A stretch of 41,597 nt of DNA, from the IMG/VR virus record IMGVR_UViG_640753023_000007. One strand, 5' to 3'. Positions within the stretch are counted from its first letter, which is position 1, and every line of letters begins with the position of its first letter. The notes beneath the pieces were generated by a model. It did not search any database, was not told the DNA's origin, and saw only the letters and a program-made list of their open reading frames with translations. Origin of the DNA: a virus (taxonomy: Duplodnaviria; Heunggongvirae; Uroviricota; Caudoviricetes). The translations under genes and the position numbers were made by a program. Shown here piece by piece: positions 1 through 8,776 of this stretch.

Positions 1-1143
1 CTATGCTGTTTTGATATCTACGATAATCCAGTCTTTACCACGATCATCATTGTATCGGTCGGTCATTTTTCTGGATTTATGGCCTAACAACTTTTGCGTA
101 TCCAGACCCTGTTCCCGATATAACCGTTCTGACAGAGATCGCTGCTCATGAAATGTGGGCGCAGTTCCTTGCTCCCATTTTATGCCACATTTTTCCCGGG
201 CCTTTTTAAAAGCCGTTGTCAGAGTATTCGCAGAAACCTGGTCTCCTCTGTTTGCTTGAGAGGTAGTGTGACGGTAATGGACCAGATATTTACTAACAAC
301 AGCATCCCTGCACTGAGATATAACTTCACGAAGGGTAATATTCAGAGCATCGCATTTCAGGTTAAGCGGAATAGCAAGTTTTGAACCGGTTTTTTCCTGA
401 GTAATGTGCAACATGTCGTCCCATATATCAGAGAATTTCAAATTGCAGATATCGCCTAAACGTTGTCCAGTAACAAGAGCAAGTAGCATGCCGCATTTTA
501 AATAGGGCTGCCGTCTGCTTACGCTGTCAAATATTGCCTGCCATTCGGGCAGTGACAATCTTTGGCGGTTTACTCGATTTCGTGGTTGTTTTGTTGCCTG
601 CGCTGGGTTAAATCCTGGCGGAACATGTCCTGCGTGTTGTGCTTCTTTGAAGACGTCGATCAACACCATTCTCACGACTTGCGCCATCCTGTTATGACCT
701 TCAGCCTTTACAGCATCAATTATTTCGGCAATATCAAGTGCGGTAATATCCTTGAGGTGTTGCATTCCACAATGCTCACGGAAAAGACGAATGGGTTTGC
801 CTTTTTGCCGATAGGAGTTGGGTCTTAGTTCATTATGTTGCAGCCTGTCCTCTTGGATAGAAATATATTTATCAAGCCATTCTGTCACCGTAATGTCTGA
901 GCGCCTGCCTTTCATTCTTTCCAGACGCTCATTGACGCTTAATATTTGTCTGGTACGTTGTTCAGCAATAATGGTATTTGCTTCAGTAGCAACTTGTTTT
1001 GCTTCATTCTCATCAGTTCCTAAGCTATGAAAACGACCGGATAGTGGATGTTTGTATTGCCAATATACCTTTCCGGTTCGCTTATCTAATTTGCAATATA
1101 AATTGGGTATAGAGATTTTGTGAGATCGGGGTCTAGCAGCCAT
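1..1143 (-). CDS. int: Tyrosine integrase (lambda Int family, divergent from lambda Int itself)
   Basis: 380-aa minus-strand ORF whose stop codon is at window positions 1-3; C-terminal region carries tyrosine-recombinase-like segments (TFHEQRSLSERLY, LLGHKSRKMTDRY) alignable to lambda Int; overlaps the upstream xis-like ORF as in lambda. Confidence 0.9.
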   Translation of the reverse strand: MAARPRSHKISIPNLYCKLDKRTGKVYWQYKHPLSGRFHSLGTDENEAKQVATEANTIIAEQRTRQILSVNERLERMKGRRSDITVTEWLDKYISIQEDRLQHNELRPNSYRQKGKPIRLFREHCGMQHLKDITALDIAEIIDAVKAEGHNRMAQVVRMVLIDVFKEAQHAGHVPPGFNPAQATKQPRNRVNRQRLSLPEWQAIFDSVSRRQPYLKCGMLLALVTGQRLGDICNLKFSDIWDDMLHITQEKTGSKLAIPLNLKCDALNITLREVISQCRDAVVSKYLVHYRHTTSQANRGDQVSANTLTTAFKKAREKCGIKWEQGTAPTFHEQRSLSERLYREQGLDTQKLLGHKSRKMTDRYNDDRGKDWIIVDIKTA

Positions 1144-1369
1144 CAGCGATTATCCTTTGGAGTTTTGGGTTTGCGTTTATTGGGAGTTGCGGTTCTGCAA
1201 GCGTTCCTACAAAACGGGAATTTCGGTCAATCATCCAGTAGCGACCAACTTTTATAGCGGGTGGGGCCATCATTTTCCCTTGCGCGTATTTTTTCAGAAC
1301 TCGCTCACTTGGTGCTAAGTCCCCAAATTCTTCTTTAGCCCAGTCCTGTAAAGTGATTAGTCGAGACAT
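1133..1369 (-). CDS. xis: Excisionase-like protein
   Basis: 78-aa ORF immediately upstream of int and overlapping its start by 11 nt; small size and position match an excisionase; identity by position and size rather than clear motif. Confidence 0.65.
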   Translation of the reverse strand: MSRLITLQDWAKEEFGDLAPSERVLKKYAQGKMMAPPAIKVGRYWMIDRNSRFVGTLAEPQLPINANPKLQRIIADGC

Positions 1370-1508
1370 TTGTCCTCCTCTTAGCTGCTGAGGGAGTTTG
1401 TGACCGATATATCTGACATGATATTAAGCTCATGGCAGGTACATCTCTTGACTGGTCATAGAGATAAATTTAATGCTGAGAAATGCAGTATTGAATTTAT
1501 CAATTTTT

Positions 1509-1748
1509 CTATTTCCTGCGCATGTCACGTAACTTCTTAATGTGTTCTGCCGTTTCGATCTCTTCTGCTATCCGATCTGCATCAGCTTTATTCACAGGTT
1601 CAAAGTCATGATTAAAGCGGAACATGCTGGCGATACATGTTCTGCCTTTTCGGATGTAGTGAACTTTGTTGTGGGTAGAACGCAGGATTTTGCAGGGAGT
1701 GCCGTGGTGGTCGACGTACCAGGTGTTAGGGTCAATCACTCTGAACAT
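1509..1748 (-). CDS. Hypothetical phage protein (79 aa)
   Basis: ORF in the accessory region between xis and the recombination genes; overlaps the upstream ORF end by 17 nt, suggesting an operon; no recognisable motif. Confidence 0.45.
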   Translation of the reverse strand: MFRVIDPNTWYVDHHGTPCKILRSTHNKVHYIRKGRTCIASMFRFNHDFEPVNKADADRIAEEIETAEHIKKLRDMRRK

Positions 1749-2061
1749 TCTTGACCTTGTGTTGTGCGGATTGATATTCAGTGCTGATATTCACCTTTAT
1801 AGCGAACACCTTTACCGGTTTATCGCCAAAGTGCGGATGTGTGATTGTCTTCACTTCATATCCGTCATACGGAACATCAATTCTGCGACTGGAATCGTCG
1901 CGCTTCGGATATCCCTTTGTGATAATCAGGCGGTCATATTCCCGGAACATAATTCGCTTATTCCAGTAGTCATTACACAAGCGATACTCTTCCGTTTTCT
2001 CTCCGCGAATCATGGCATCGAAGTATTCACTTTTAACAGCAAGTTGCAGGTTAGCCATCAC
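1732..2061 (-). CDS. Hypothetical protein, possible ASCH/PUA-like fold
   Basis: 109-aa ORF; N-terminal pattern (EYFDAMIRGEKTEEYR then REYDRLI) resembles ASCH-superfamily proteins; ATGA start-stop overlap with the upstream TraR-like gene. Confidence 0.45.
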   Translation of the reverse strand: MMANLQLAVKSEYFDAMIRGEKTEEYRLCNDYWNKRIMFREYDRLIITKGYPKRDDSSRRIDVPYDGYEVKTITHPHFGDKPVKVFAIKVNISTEYQSAQHKVKNVQSD

Positions 2062-2279
2062 TTAATCCCCCTTTGTTTGCGGATAAGCTCCAGATCTTGC
2101 TGGCAACTGGCGCAAGTCCGACAACCCTGAACGGCCAGGCGTCTTCGTTCATCTATCGGATCGCCACACTCACAACAATGAGTGGCAGATACAGCCAGGT
2201 AGTTCAGGCGGCGCATTTTTATTGCTGTGTTGCGCTGTAATTCTTCTATTTCTGATGCTGAATCAATGATGTCTGCCAT
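2058..2279 (-). CDS. TraR/DksA-family C4 zinc-finger protein
   Basis: 73-aa ORF with two Cys pairs (CCEC ... CRTC) typical of the small TraR/DksA zinc-finger proteins found in lambdoid prophages. Confidence 0.7.
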   Translation of the reverse strand: MADIIDSASEIEELQRNTAIKMRRLNYLAVSATHCCECGDPIDERRRLAVQGCRTCASCQQDLELIRKQRGIK

Positions 2280-2331
2280 CTTTCATTAATCCCTGAACTG
2301 TTGGTTAATACGCTTGAGGGTGAATGCGAAC

Positions 2332-2355
2332 AATAAAAAAGGAGCCTGTAGCTCC
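2332..2355 (-). terminator. Candidate intrinsic terminator on the leftward (pL-derived) transcript
   Basis: On the minus strand a 5-bp GC stem (GGAGC / GCTCC, loop of 5 nt) is followed directly by TTTTTTATT; short stem, so weak. Confidence 0.35.
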
Positions 2356-2472
2356 CTGATAATTTTGCTTTTCATGTTCATCGTTCCTTAAAGACGCCGT
2401 TTAACATGCCGATTGCCAGGCTTAAATGAGTCGGTGTGAATCCCTTCAGCGTTACCGTTTCGCGGTGCTTCT

Positions 2473-2655
2473 TCAGTACGCTACGGCAAATGTCATTGAC
2501 GTTTTTGGAAACTGCTGTCTGACTTTTTTGATTTCAGAATTAGCCTGACGGGCAATGCTGCGAAGGGCGTTTTCTTGCTGAGGTGTCACTGAACAAGCCC
2601 CATGTCGGCAAGCATAAGCACACAGAATATGAAGCCCGCTGCCAGAAAAATGCAT
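2473..2655 (-). CDS. Hypothetical small protein in the position of lambda orf61
   Basis: 60-aa ORF downstream of the orf63-like gene on the leftward operon; assignment by position only. Confidence 0.35.
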   Translation of the reverse strand: MHFSGSGLHILCAYACRHGACSVTPQQENALRSIARQANSEIKKVRQQFPKTSMTFAVAY

Positions 2656-2665
2656 TCAGTGGTTG

Positions 2666-2857
2666 TCATACCTGGTCTCTCTCATCTGCTTCTGCTTTCG
2701 CCACCATCATTTCCAGCTTTTGTGAAAGGGATGTGGCTAACGTATGAAATTCTTCGTCTGTTTCTGCTGGTATTGGCACAAACCTGACTCCAATTTGAGC
2801 AAGGCTATGTGCCAAATCAATACTCGTTCTTAACTCAACAGGAGATGCTTTGTGCAT
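2666..2857 (-). CDS. Small protein matching lambda orf63 in size and position
   Basis: 63-aa ORF; its 28-nt overlap with the adjacent exo-proximal ORF matches the lambda orf63/orf60a arrangement as I recall it. Confidence 0.55.
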   Translation of the reverse strand: MHKASPVELRTSIDLAHSLAQIGVRFVPIPAETDEEFHTLATSLSQKLEMMVAKAEADERDQV

Positions 2858-3012
2858 ACCGCCCCCCGTTTATTATTTATCTCCTCAGCCAGCCGCTGGG
2901 CTTTCAGCGGATTTCGGATAACAGAAAGACCGTGAAATACCCAGCCTCGCTTTGTAACGGAGTAGACGAAAGTGATCGCGCCTACCCGGATATTATCGTG
3001 AGGATGGGTCAT
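2830..3012 (-). CDS. Small protein matching lambda orf60a in size and position
   Basis: Track ORF 2830-3018; starting at the second Met gives 60 aa and a 4-nt ATGA overlap with the exo stop, as in lambda. Confidence 0.5.
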   Translation of the reverse strand: MTHPHDNIRVGAITFVYSVTKRGWVFHGLSVIRNPLKAQRLAEEINNKRGAVCTKHLLLS

Positions 3013-3689
3013 CGCCATTGCTCTCCAAATACAAAACCAATTTCAGCCAGTGCTTCGTCCATTTTTTCGATGAACTCCGGCACCATCTCGTCAAAACTCG
3101 CCATGTACTTTTCATCCCGCTCAACCACGACATAATGCAGGCCTTCACGCTTCATTCGTGGGTCATAGTTGGCAAAGTACCAGGCATCTTTTCGTGTCAC
3201 CCACATGCTGTACTGCACCTGGGCCATGTAAGCCGACTTTATGGCCTCGAAACCACCGAGCCGGAACTTCATGAAATCCCGGGAGGTAAACGGGCATTTC
3301 AGCTCAAGGCCATTGCCGTCACTGCATAAACCATCGGGAGAGCAGGCGGTGCGCATACTTTCGTCGCGATAGATGATCGGGGATTCAGTAACATTCACGC
3401 CGGAAGTGAATTCAAACAGGGTTCTGGCGTCGTTCTCGTACTGTTTTCCCCACGCCAGCGCCTTAGCATTAACTTCCGGAGCCACACCGGTGCAAACCTC
3501 AGCCAGCAGGGTGTGGAAGTAGGACATTTTCATGTCAGGCCACTTCTTTCCTGAGCGGGGCTTTGCTATCACGTTGTGAACTTCTGAAGCGGTGATGACG
3601 CCGAGCCGTAATTTGTGCCATGCATCATCCCCCTGTTCGACAGCTCTCACGTCGATCCCGGTACGCTGCAGGATAATGTCCGGTGTCAT
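3009..3689 (-). CDS. exo: Lambda exonuclease (Red alpha)
   Basis: 226-aa ORF whose sequence ([39 protein letters not shown]...) matches lambda Exo essentially throughout as recalled; overlaps bet stop. Confidence 0.95.
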   Translation of the reverse strand: MTPDIILQRTGIDVRAVEQGDDAWHKLRLGVITASEVHNVIAKPRSGKKWPDMKMSYFHTLLAEVCTGVAPEVNAKALAWGKQYENDARTLFEFTSGVNVTESPIIYRDESMRTACSPDGLCSDGNGLELKCPFTSRDFMKFRLGGFEAIKSAYMAQVQYSMWVTRKDAWYFANYDPRMKREGLHYVVVERDEKYMASFDEMVPEFIEKMDEALAEIGFVFGEQWR

Positions 3690-4471
3690 GCTGCCACCTT
3701 CTGCTCAGTGGCTTTCTGTTTCAGGAATCCAAGAGCTTTCACTGCTTCGGCCTGTGTCAGTTCTGACGATGCGCGAATGTCGCGGCGAAATATCTGGGAA
3801 CAGAGCGGCAATAAGTCGTCATCCCATGTTTTGTCCAGGGCAATCAGCAGAGTGTTAATCTCCTGCATGGTTTCATCGTTAACCGGAGTGATGTCGCGTT
3901 CCGGCTGACGTTCTGCAGTGTATGCGGTATTTTCGACAATGCGCTCGGCTTCATCCTTGTCATAGATACCAGCAAATCCGAAGGCCAGACGGGCACACTG
4001 AATCATGGCTTTATGCCGTAACATCCGTTTGGGATGCGACTGCCACGGCCCCGTGATTTCTCTGCCTTCGCGGGTTTTGAATGGTTCGCGGCGGCATTCA
4101 TCCATCCACTCGGTAACGCAGATCGGATGATTGCGGTCTTTGCGGTAAATCCGGCATGTACATGATTCATTGTCCTGCTCAAAGTCCATACCATCAAACT
4201 GCTGGTTTTCATTGATGATGCGGGACCAGCCATCAACGCCCACCACCGGAACAATGCCGTTCTGCTTATCAGGGAAGGCGTAAATTTCTTTCGTCCACGG
4301 ATTAAGGCCGTACTGGTTGGCGACGATCAACAATGCGATGAACTGCGCATCGCTGGCATCACCTTTAAATGCCGTCTGGCGAAGAGTGGTGATCAGTTCC
4401 TGTGGGTCGACAGAATCCATGCCGACACGTTCAGCCAGCTTCCCTGCCAGCGTTGCGAGTGCTGTACTCAT
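3686..4471 (-). CDS. bet: Recombination protein Bet (Red beta, single-strand annealing)
   Basis: 261-aa ORF matching lambda Bet ([59 protein letters not shown]...). Confidence 0.95.
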   Translation of the reverse strand: MSTALATLAGKLAERVGMDSVDPQELITTLRQTAFKGDASDAQFIALLIVANQYGLNPWTKEIYAFPDKQNGIVPVVGVDGWSRIINENQQFDGMDFEQDNESCTCRIYRKDRNHPICVTEWMDECRREPFKTREGREITGPWQSHPKRMLRHKAMIQCARLAFGFAGIYDKDEAERIVENTAYTAERQPERDITPVNDETMQEINTLLIALDKTWDDDLLPLCSQIFRRDIRASSELTQAEAVKALGFLKQKATEQKVAA

Positions 4472-4476
4472 CCGTT

Positions 4477-4773
4477 TTATACCTCTGAATCAATATCAGC
4501 CTGATGGTGAGCAATGGTTTCAACTATGTACCGGATGTGTTCTGCCATGCGCTCCTGAAACTCAACATCGTCATCAAACGCACGGGTAATGGCTTTTTTG
4601 CTGGCCCCGTGGCGTTGTAAATGATCGATGCATAGCGATTCAAACAGGTGCTGGGGCAGGCCTTTTTCCATGTCGTCTGCCAGTTCTGCCTCTTTCTCTT
4701 CACGGGCGATCTGCTGGTAGTGACGCGCCCAGCTCTGAGCCTCAAGACGATCCTGAATGTAATAAGCGTTCAT
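4477..4773 (-). CDS. gam: Gam, RecBCD inhibitor (short GamS-length form, 98 aa)
   Basis: [24 protein letters not shown]... matches lambda Gam from its internal Met; the long-form start upstream is present but out of frame (see findings). Confidence 0.9.
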   Translation of the reverse strand: MNAYYIQDRLEAQSWARHYQQIAREEKEAELADDMEKGLPQHLFESLCIDHLQRHGASKKAITRAFDDDVEFQERMAEHIRYIVETIAHHQADIDSEV

Positions 4774-4848
4774 GGCTGAACTCCTGAAAATGGCTGTGAA
4801 AATATCGCCCGCGAAATGCCAGGCTGATTAGGAAAACAGGAAAGGGGG

Positions 4849-4992
4849 TTAGTGAATGCTTTTGCTTGATCTCAGTTTCAGTATTAATATCCATTTTTTA
4901 TAAGCGTCGACGGCCTCACGAAACATCTTTTCATCGCCAATAAAAGTGGCGATAGTGAATTTAGTCTGGATAGCCATAATTGTTTGATCCAT
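4849..4992 (-). CDS. kil: Kil (host FtsZ-targeting killing protein), 47 aa
   Basis: Internal Met of track ORF 4849-5118 gives [47 protein letters not shown], matching lambda Kil in length; overlaps the cIII 3-prime end. Confidence 0.8.
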   Translation of the reverse strand: MDQTIMAIQTKFTIATFIGDEKMFREAVDAYKKWILILKLRSSKSIH

Positions 4993-5125
4993 TTTTTGGG
5001 ACTCCTGGCTGATTAAGTATGTCGATAAGGCGTTTCCATCCGTCACGTAATTTACGGGTGATTCGTTCAAGTAAAGATTCGGAAGGGCAGCCAGCAACAG
5101 GCCACCCTGCAATGGCATATTGCAT
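4961..5125 (-). CDS. cIII: CIII (FtsH/HflB protease inhibitor), 54 aa
   Basis: Translated by hand from the minus strand: [54 protein letters not shown], 54 codons plus stop; below the ORF-track size cutoff. Confidence 0.85.
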   Translation of the reverse strand: MQYAIAGWPVAGCPSESLLERITRKLRDGWKRLIDILNQPGVPKNGSNNYGYPD

Positions 5126-5197
5126 GGTGTGCTCCTTATTTATACATAACGAAAAACGCCTCGAGTGAAGCGTAATTGGTATGCGGTAACGCCGCGC

Positions 5198-5566
5198 TCA
5201 GGCGGCCTTGATAGTCATATCATCTGAATCAAATATTCCTGATGTATCGATATCGGTAATTCTTATTCCTTCACTACCATCCATTGGAGGCCATCCTTCC
5301 TGACCATTTCCATCATTCCAGTCGAACTCACACACAACACCATATGCATTTAAGTCGCTTGAAATTGCTATAAGCAGAGCATGTTGCGCCAGCATGATTA
5401 ATACAGCATTTAATACAGAGCCGTGTTTATTGAGTCGGTATTCAGAGTCTGACCAGAAATTATTAATCTGGTGAAGTTTTTCCTCTGTCATTACGTCATG
5501 GTCAATTTCAATTTCTATTGATGCTTTCCAGTCGTAATCAATGATGTATTTTTTGATGTTTGACAT
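5198..5566 (-). CDS. ea10: Ea10-like early protein
   Basis: 122-aa ORF in the cIII-ral interval, same size and position as lambda ea10. Confidence 0.8.
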   Translation of the reverse strand: MSNIKKYIIDYDWKASIEIEIDHDVMTEEKLHQINNFWSDSEYRLNKHGSVLNAVLIMLAQHALLIAISSDLNAYGVVCEFDWNDGNGQEGWPPMDGSEGIRITDIDTSGIFDSDDMTIKAA

Positions 5567-5588
5567 CTATTCATATCCTCATAGATAA

Positions 5589-5612
5589 AAAATCGCCCTC
5601 ACACTGGAGGGC
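5589..5612 (-). terminator. Candidate intrinsic terminator between ral and ea10 (tL-type)
   Basis: Minus-strand hairpin GCCCTC-(6 nt loop)-GAGGGC followed by GATTTTTTATCT. Confidence 0.45.
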
Positions 5613-5748
5613 AAAGAAGATTTCCAATAATCAGAACAAGTCGGCTCCTGTTTAGTTACGAGCGACATTGCTCCGTGTATTCACTCGTTGGAATGAATAC
5701 ACAGTGCAGTGTTTATTCTGTTATTTATGCCAAAAATAAAGGCCACTA

Positions 5749-5949
5749 TCAGGCAGCTTTGTTGTTCTGTTTACCAAGTTCTCTGGCAATCATTGCCGTC
5801 GTTCGTATTGCCCATTTATCGACATATTTCCCATCTTCCATTACAGGAAACATTTCTTCAGGCTTAACCATGCATTCCGATTGCAGCTTGCATCCATTGC
5901 ATCGTTTGAATTGTCCACACCATTGATTTGTATCAATAGTCGTAGTCAT
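5749..5949 (-). CDS. ral: Ral, restriction alleviation protein
   Basis: 66-aa ORF MTTTIDTNQWCGQFKRCNGCKLQSECMVKPEEMFPVMEDGKYVDKWAIRTTAMIARELGKQNNKAA matching lambda Ral. Confidence 0.9.
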   Translation of the reverse strand: MTTTIDTNQWCGQFKRCNGCKLQSECMVKPEEMFPVMEDGKYVDKWAIRTTAMIARELGKQNNKAA

Positions 5950-6019
5950 ACGGATAGTCCTGGTATTGTTCCATCACATCTTGAGGATGCTCTTCGAACT
6001 CTTCAAATTCTTCTTCCAT
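5933..6019 (-). CDS. Small acidic ORF (28 aa) in the position of lambda orf28
   Basis: Hand translation MEEEFEEFEEHPQDVMEQYQDYPYDYDY; AAGGTG Shine-Dalgarno-like sequence 5 nt upstream of the ATG; overlaps the ral start. Confidence 0.4.
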   Translation of the reverse strand: MEEEFEEFEEHPQDVMEQYQDYPYDYDY

Positions 6020-6162
6020 ATATCACCTTAAATAGTGGATTGCGGTAGTAAAGATTGTGCCTGTCTTTTAACCACATCAGGCTCGGTGGTTCTCGTGTAC
6101 CCCTACAACGAGAAATCGGATAAACTCTATTCACCCCTACAGAGAGCAAAAGAGAAACGCCG

Positions 6163-6744
6163 ATGAACAACTCATGGTGGCAGGAACTAATGCATTTTTT
6201 CCTGCAAGGAATGACACTTAAACAGTTGATTCATATGCTAATCATCCTGATCATATTGATTATTGTTATGCCGGTAAGCGTAAAAGAATGGATAAACCTG
6301 CATAATCCAGAAATCCTTCCTCATTACTGGATGTATTACATCCTGTTGTTTTGCGTTAGCTATGTGCTTAACGGCGTTGTTAATTCCGCTTATCACGCTG
6401 TGACTGAAAGAATTGAGGTATTCGCTGCTCAGAAGCGCAAATCTAAAGAAGAAAAATATGTGCAAGATTTGTTTGATTCGTTAACTCTTGGAGAAAGAGC
6501 GTATTTGGCATTCGCTGTAGCCGCTAATAACCAGCTACAAACGGAAAAGGGCGCTCATGAATCAATTTCATTGCTCAAAAAAGGACTCCTCGTTCGAAGG
6601 CCTCCTGCTGTTGGATATCCTGATACCGACCGTTTCGTTATCCCTGAAAGCTATAGACATGAGTGCTACATTAGGTTTGCCGGGAAGGCAGACAGCCTTA
6701 TGGATGAACTTATCGCTCAGGATAAGCATGGCAAAAACAAGTAA
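6163..6744 (+). CDS. sieB: SieB superinfection exclusion protein
   Basis: 193-aa plus-strand ORF with hydrophobic N-terminal region (LIHMLIILIILIIVMPV) matching lambda SieB; opposite orientation to flanking genes, as in lambda. Confidence 0.9.
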   Translation: MNNSWWQELMHFFLQGMTLKQLIHMLIILIILIIVMPVSVKEWINLHNPEILPHYWMYYILLFCVSYVLNGVVNSAYHAVTERIEVFAAQKRKSKEEKYVQDLFDSLTLGERAYLAFAVAANNQLQTEKGAHESISLLKKGLLVRRPPAVGYPDTDRFVIPESYRHECYIRFAGKADSLMDELIAQDKHGKNK

Positions 6745-6760
6745 TTAGCAAATGAATTTA

Positions 6761-7033
6761 TCATCTCGCCGTCAGTTGTTTTGATTTCCGGTAGCCTGCC
6801 GCGTAAAGAGCTACGTTCGGAAGACAAGTTGAACCTTCATATTTTCTGGTCAACGTTGTCAGAGTTATCACTTCTGCTCTCATTGCTGGTTTGAGCTTGC
6901 ATTGCAAGACCACTCGTGAAGGGGTTGGCCTGTGTAGCTTGTCGGAGCTGATCGCCTCCTGACTTTGCAGATTTGCGCGACGAGCTCTACGGCGAGAAGC
7001 TGCGGTGCCTTTAAATTCTGTTTTTCTGGACAT
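6761..7033 (-). CDS. N: Antitermination protein N (933W/H-19B-like type, not lambda N)
   Basis: Track ORF 6761-7105; start taken at internal Met (MSRKTEFKGTAASRRRARRANLQ, arginine-rich motif) preceded by GGGAGG at 5-nt spacing; C-terminus CLPNVALYAAGYRKSKQLTAR resembles N of 933W-type phages and P22 gp24. Confidence 0.8.
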   Translation of the reverse strand: MSRKTEFKGTAASRRRARRANLQSQEAISSDKLHRPTPSRVVLQCKLKPAMRAEVITLTTLTRKYEGSTCLPNVALYAAGYRKSKQLTAR

Positions 7034-7131
7034 GGATTCCTCCCGAATAAACTTTGGCGATGCAATCTCGAAGCTCCTCCTGAGACGGTTGCTTCGGCAT
7101 TGCATCCCACAGCTTATGTGGTTGGGTGATC

Positions 7132-7177
7132 TGGCTTTTCAGCCACGTAGTCGAGAGTCGACGTTGTTTAAAGAGCC
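7132..7177 (-). promoter_or_regulatory. nutL candidate (boxA-like GGCTCTTTAAACAACG plus boxB-like hairpin UGGCU-GAAA-AGCCA)
   Basis: On the minus strand, a boxA-like element and a 5-bp stem hairpin with GAAA loop, 16 nt apart, about 100 nt upstream of N; mirrored by a similar pair downstream of cro. Confidence 0.6.
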
Positions 7178-7179
7178 TG

Positions 7180-7300
7180 CCAGTCTGTTCCATTTGGCTT
7201 CCAGCGTCCTGCTGACGGTTAAATAGTACGATATGTACTTTACAAGATCAATACAATTTGTTGTAAGTTGGCGTGGTTTTTTATAACGCTTTGTATTTAA
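7180..7300 (-). promoter_or_regulatory. Probable pL promoter / OL operator region
   Basis: Intergenic region upstream of nutL and N; contains a 17-bp near-palindrome TAGTACGATATGTACTT (7224-7240) related to a motif in the cI-cro intergenic region; promoter hexamers not confidently assigned. Confidence 0.4.
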
Positions 7301-7438
7301 TAGTGTTGTTTTTTAGCGTGGATGTATTGCCTCGGCGATGTAAGGAGAGATCAGAATTGCGTGGTTTAGTGGGTTGCATCTATTTATTTTTCAATAAATA
7401 TAATTGGTTATGTGTTTTTAGGTGGGCGAACGTGAGGC

Positions 7439-7466
7439 AAAGAAAACCCGGCGCTGAGGCCGGGTT
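7439..7466 (-). terminator. Intrinsic terminator ending the cI-orfA-orfB transcript (analogous position to lambda tIMM)
   Basis: Minus-strand hairpin AACCCGGC-(loop)-GCCGGGTT followed by TTTTCTTTG, starting 3 nt after the orfB stop codon. Confidence 0.65.
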
Positions 7467-7469
7467 GTA

Positions 7470-8222
7470 TTATGCTGCAAGTCTCTTAACCCAAGTCTCT
7501 CTTTTGGAGAATGGTAGAACTTGGCTTGATTCATGGAAGAGTAAGGAGAGTTGTTGCATTTGATCACCAATTGCTTCGCTGTCTATAACAACAAATCTGT
7601 TGTTATACTCCTCACTTGAAGCTTTAAGATCAATTAGTTTCCCAAGCAATGAGTAAGCACTATTCCAGCTTCCTCCGTGTTTCACGCTTGATGTAAAAAC
7701 GTATTTAGGTATGTCGGTTTTTATTGTTACAGGGACGGTAATTTGATGTCCACTCAAGCCATATACGTTTTCACGAAGAGAAAGTGCGTCTCTAAGCTCT
7801 GTGTGATATAGATAATCAATAACCATACTTTCAAACTTTTCAGCTTGAACTGGCTGATACCAGTCTAACGACAAAGTTGATGCGAGTATACCAGCTCTAA
7901 TTATGTTCGATGTAATCGCACCGACATCCTTTTCTGTTGCCCAAGCAATGATTTCTCCTCGAGCATTGAGTTCTGCGCCTTCTTTAAGCAGTAATTGTCG
8001 TATCTCATCAAGTCGTTTTTTGGTAAGCGAGATCCCTCTTGCCTCCATATTCATTAAGGCATCGCATCTGTCACTAACTAAATACCTACCATTGACTTCA
8101 CGGATAAAGGCACCGACATGCTCTCCATCATCACAGTAAGTGAATGGACTGATAATTCTCAAGGTCTTGCCTATTGGATGGCATTCGAAACCTAGTTGTG
8201 AGATCACTGTTGAGCACATCAT
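7470..8222 (-). CDS. Hypothetical protein orfB (250 aa), second gene of the cassette in the rexAB position
   Basis: Long ORF with ATG start overlapping the orfA stop (ATGA); no transmembrane segment or catalytic motif recognised by eye; AT-rich relative to flanking genes; followed by a terminator. Confidence 0.65.
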   Translation of the reverse strand: MMCSTVISQLGFECHPIGKTLRIISPFTYCDDGEHVGAFIREVNGRYLVSDRCDALMNMEARGISLTKKRLDEIRQLLLKEGAELNARGEIIAWATEKDVGAITSNIIRAGILASTLSLDWYQPVQAEKFESMVIDYLYHTELRDALSLRENVYGLSGHQITVPVTIKTDIPKYVFTSSVKHGGSWNSAYSLLGKLIDLKASSEEYNNRFVVIDSEAIGDQMQQLSLLFHESSQVLPFSKRETWVKRLAA

Positions 8223-8776
8223 ATTCCAAACCCCATTTGCCCCGACTCATCTTCAAGCGGTAAAGGTATTCTCCCAGAGTAAGTTATGTTCAGATGTTTA
8301 CAGAAGTAATTCCAATACCCTACCAGGTCATCTGGGTTTATGTCATCTTCGATTGGAAACGCTATTCTATCACTATAGTATCCAGCTTCTTCATAGTATA
8401 CATGGTAGTGAGCACCGTAAATGATATCTTGGTACTTCGGATGATCGACCTTGTAACTATTCGTGTGTTTGTCAAAGTGATAGGTATCTACCGCGAAAAC
8501 CCTCTTGTTATGATAGAAAGCAATAATATTTATTTTAGGGTAAGAAATCGGGTCATCAGGTTCTGAATCCTGATCTGGTTTCCATTTCAGTTCAAACTTT
8601 AGCCCTTGTATAGGTATACAATCCTCATCCAAGGGGATGATATGGGCTTGTAGCCACATATCAGAGCGACTTGGTTTCTGTTTCCATTTAACGCCAGAAA
8701 AGTTAACTATTTTTTTACAATAAAGTACTTTATCAACTTCTACTTGGCTTGGCTGATAATCATCTATTTTTGCCAA
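8219..8776 (-). CDS. Hypothetical protein orfA (185 aa), first gene of the cassette directly downstream of cI
   Basis: ORF bounded upstream by an in-frame stop; first possible start is TTG at 8776 (next in-frame ATG is 39 codons in); acidic, Tyr/His/Trp-rich; no motif recognised; AT-rich. Confidence 0.55.
   Translation of the reverse strand: MAKIDDYQPSQVEVDKVLYCKKIVNFSGVKWKQKPSRSDMWLQAHIIPLDEDCIPIQGLKFELKWKPDQDSEPDDPISYPKINIIAFYHNKRVFAVDTYHFDKHTNSYKVDHPKYQDIIYGAHYHVYYEEAGYYSDRIAFPIEDDINPDDLVGYWNYFCKHLNITYSGRIPLPLEDESGQMGFGI

Noticed and set aside
148-1030. Three plus-strand ORFs (70-88 aa) inside the integrase gene
   Set aside because: Antisense to the integrase, which has clear family features; no independent support.
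2286-2381. 29-31 codon minus-strand ORF with an AAGGAA upstream
   Set aside because: Its body is the terminator-like hairpin plus T-tract at 2332-2355; more likely a non-coding terminator region than a gene.
7273-7563. 96-aa plus-strand ORF between N and orfB
   Set aside because: Spans the proposed pL/OL region and the orfB terminator hairpin; no ribosome-binding site; in a region expected to be regulatory.
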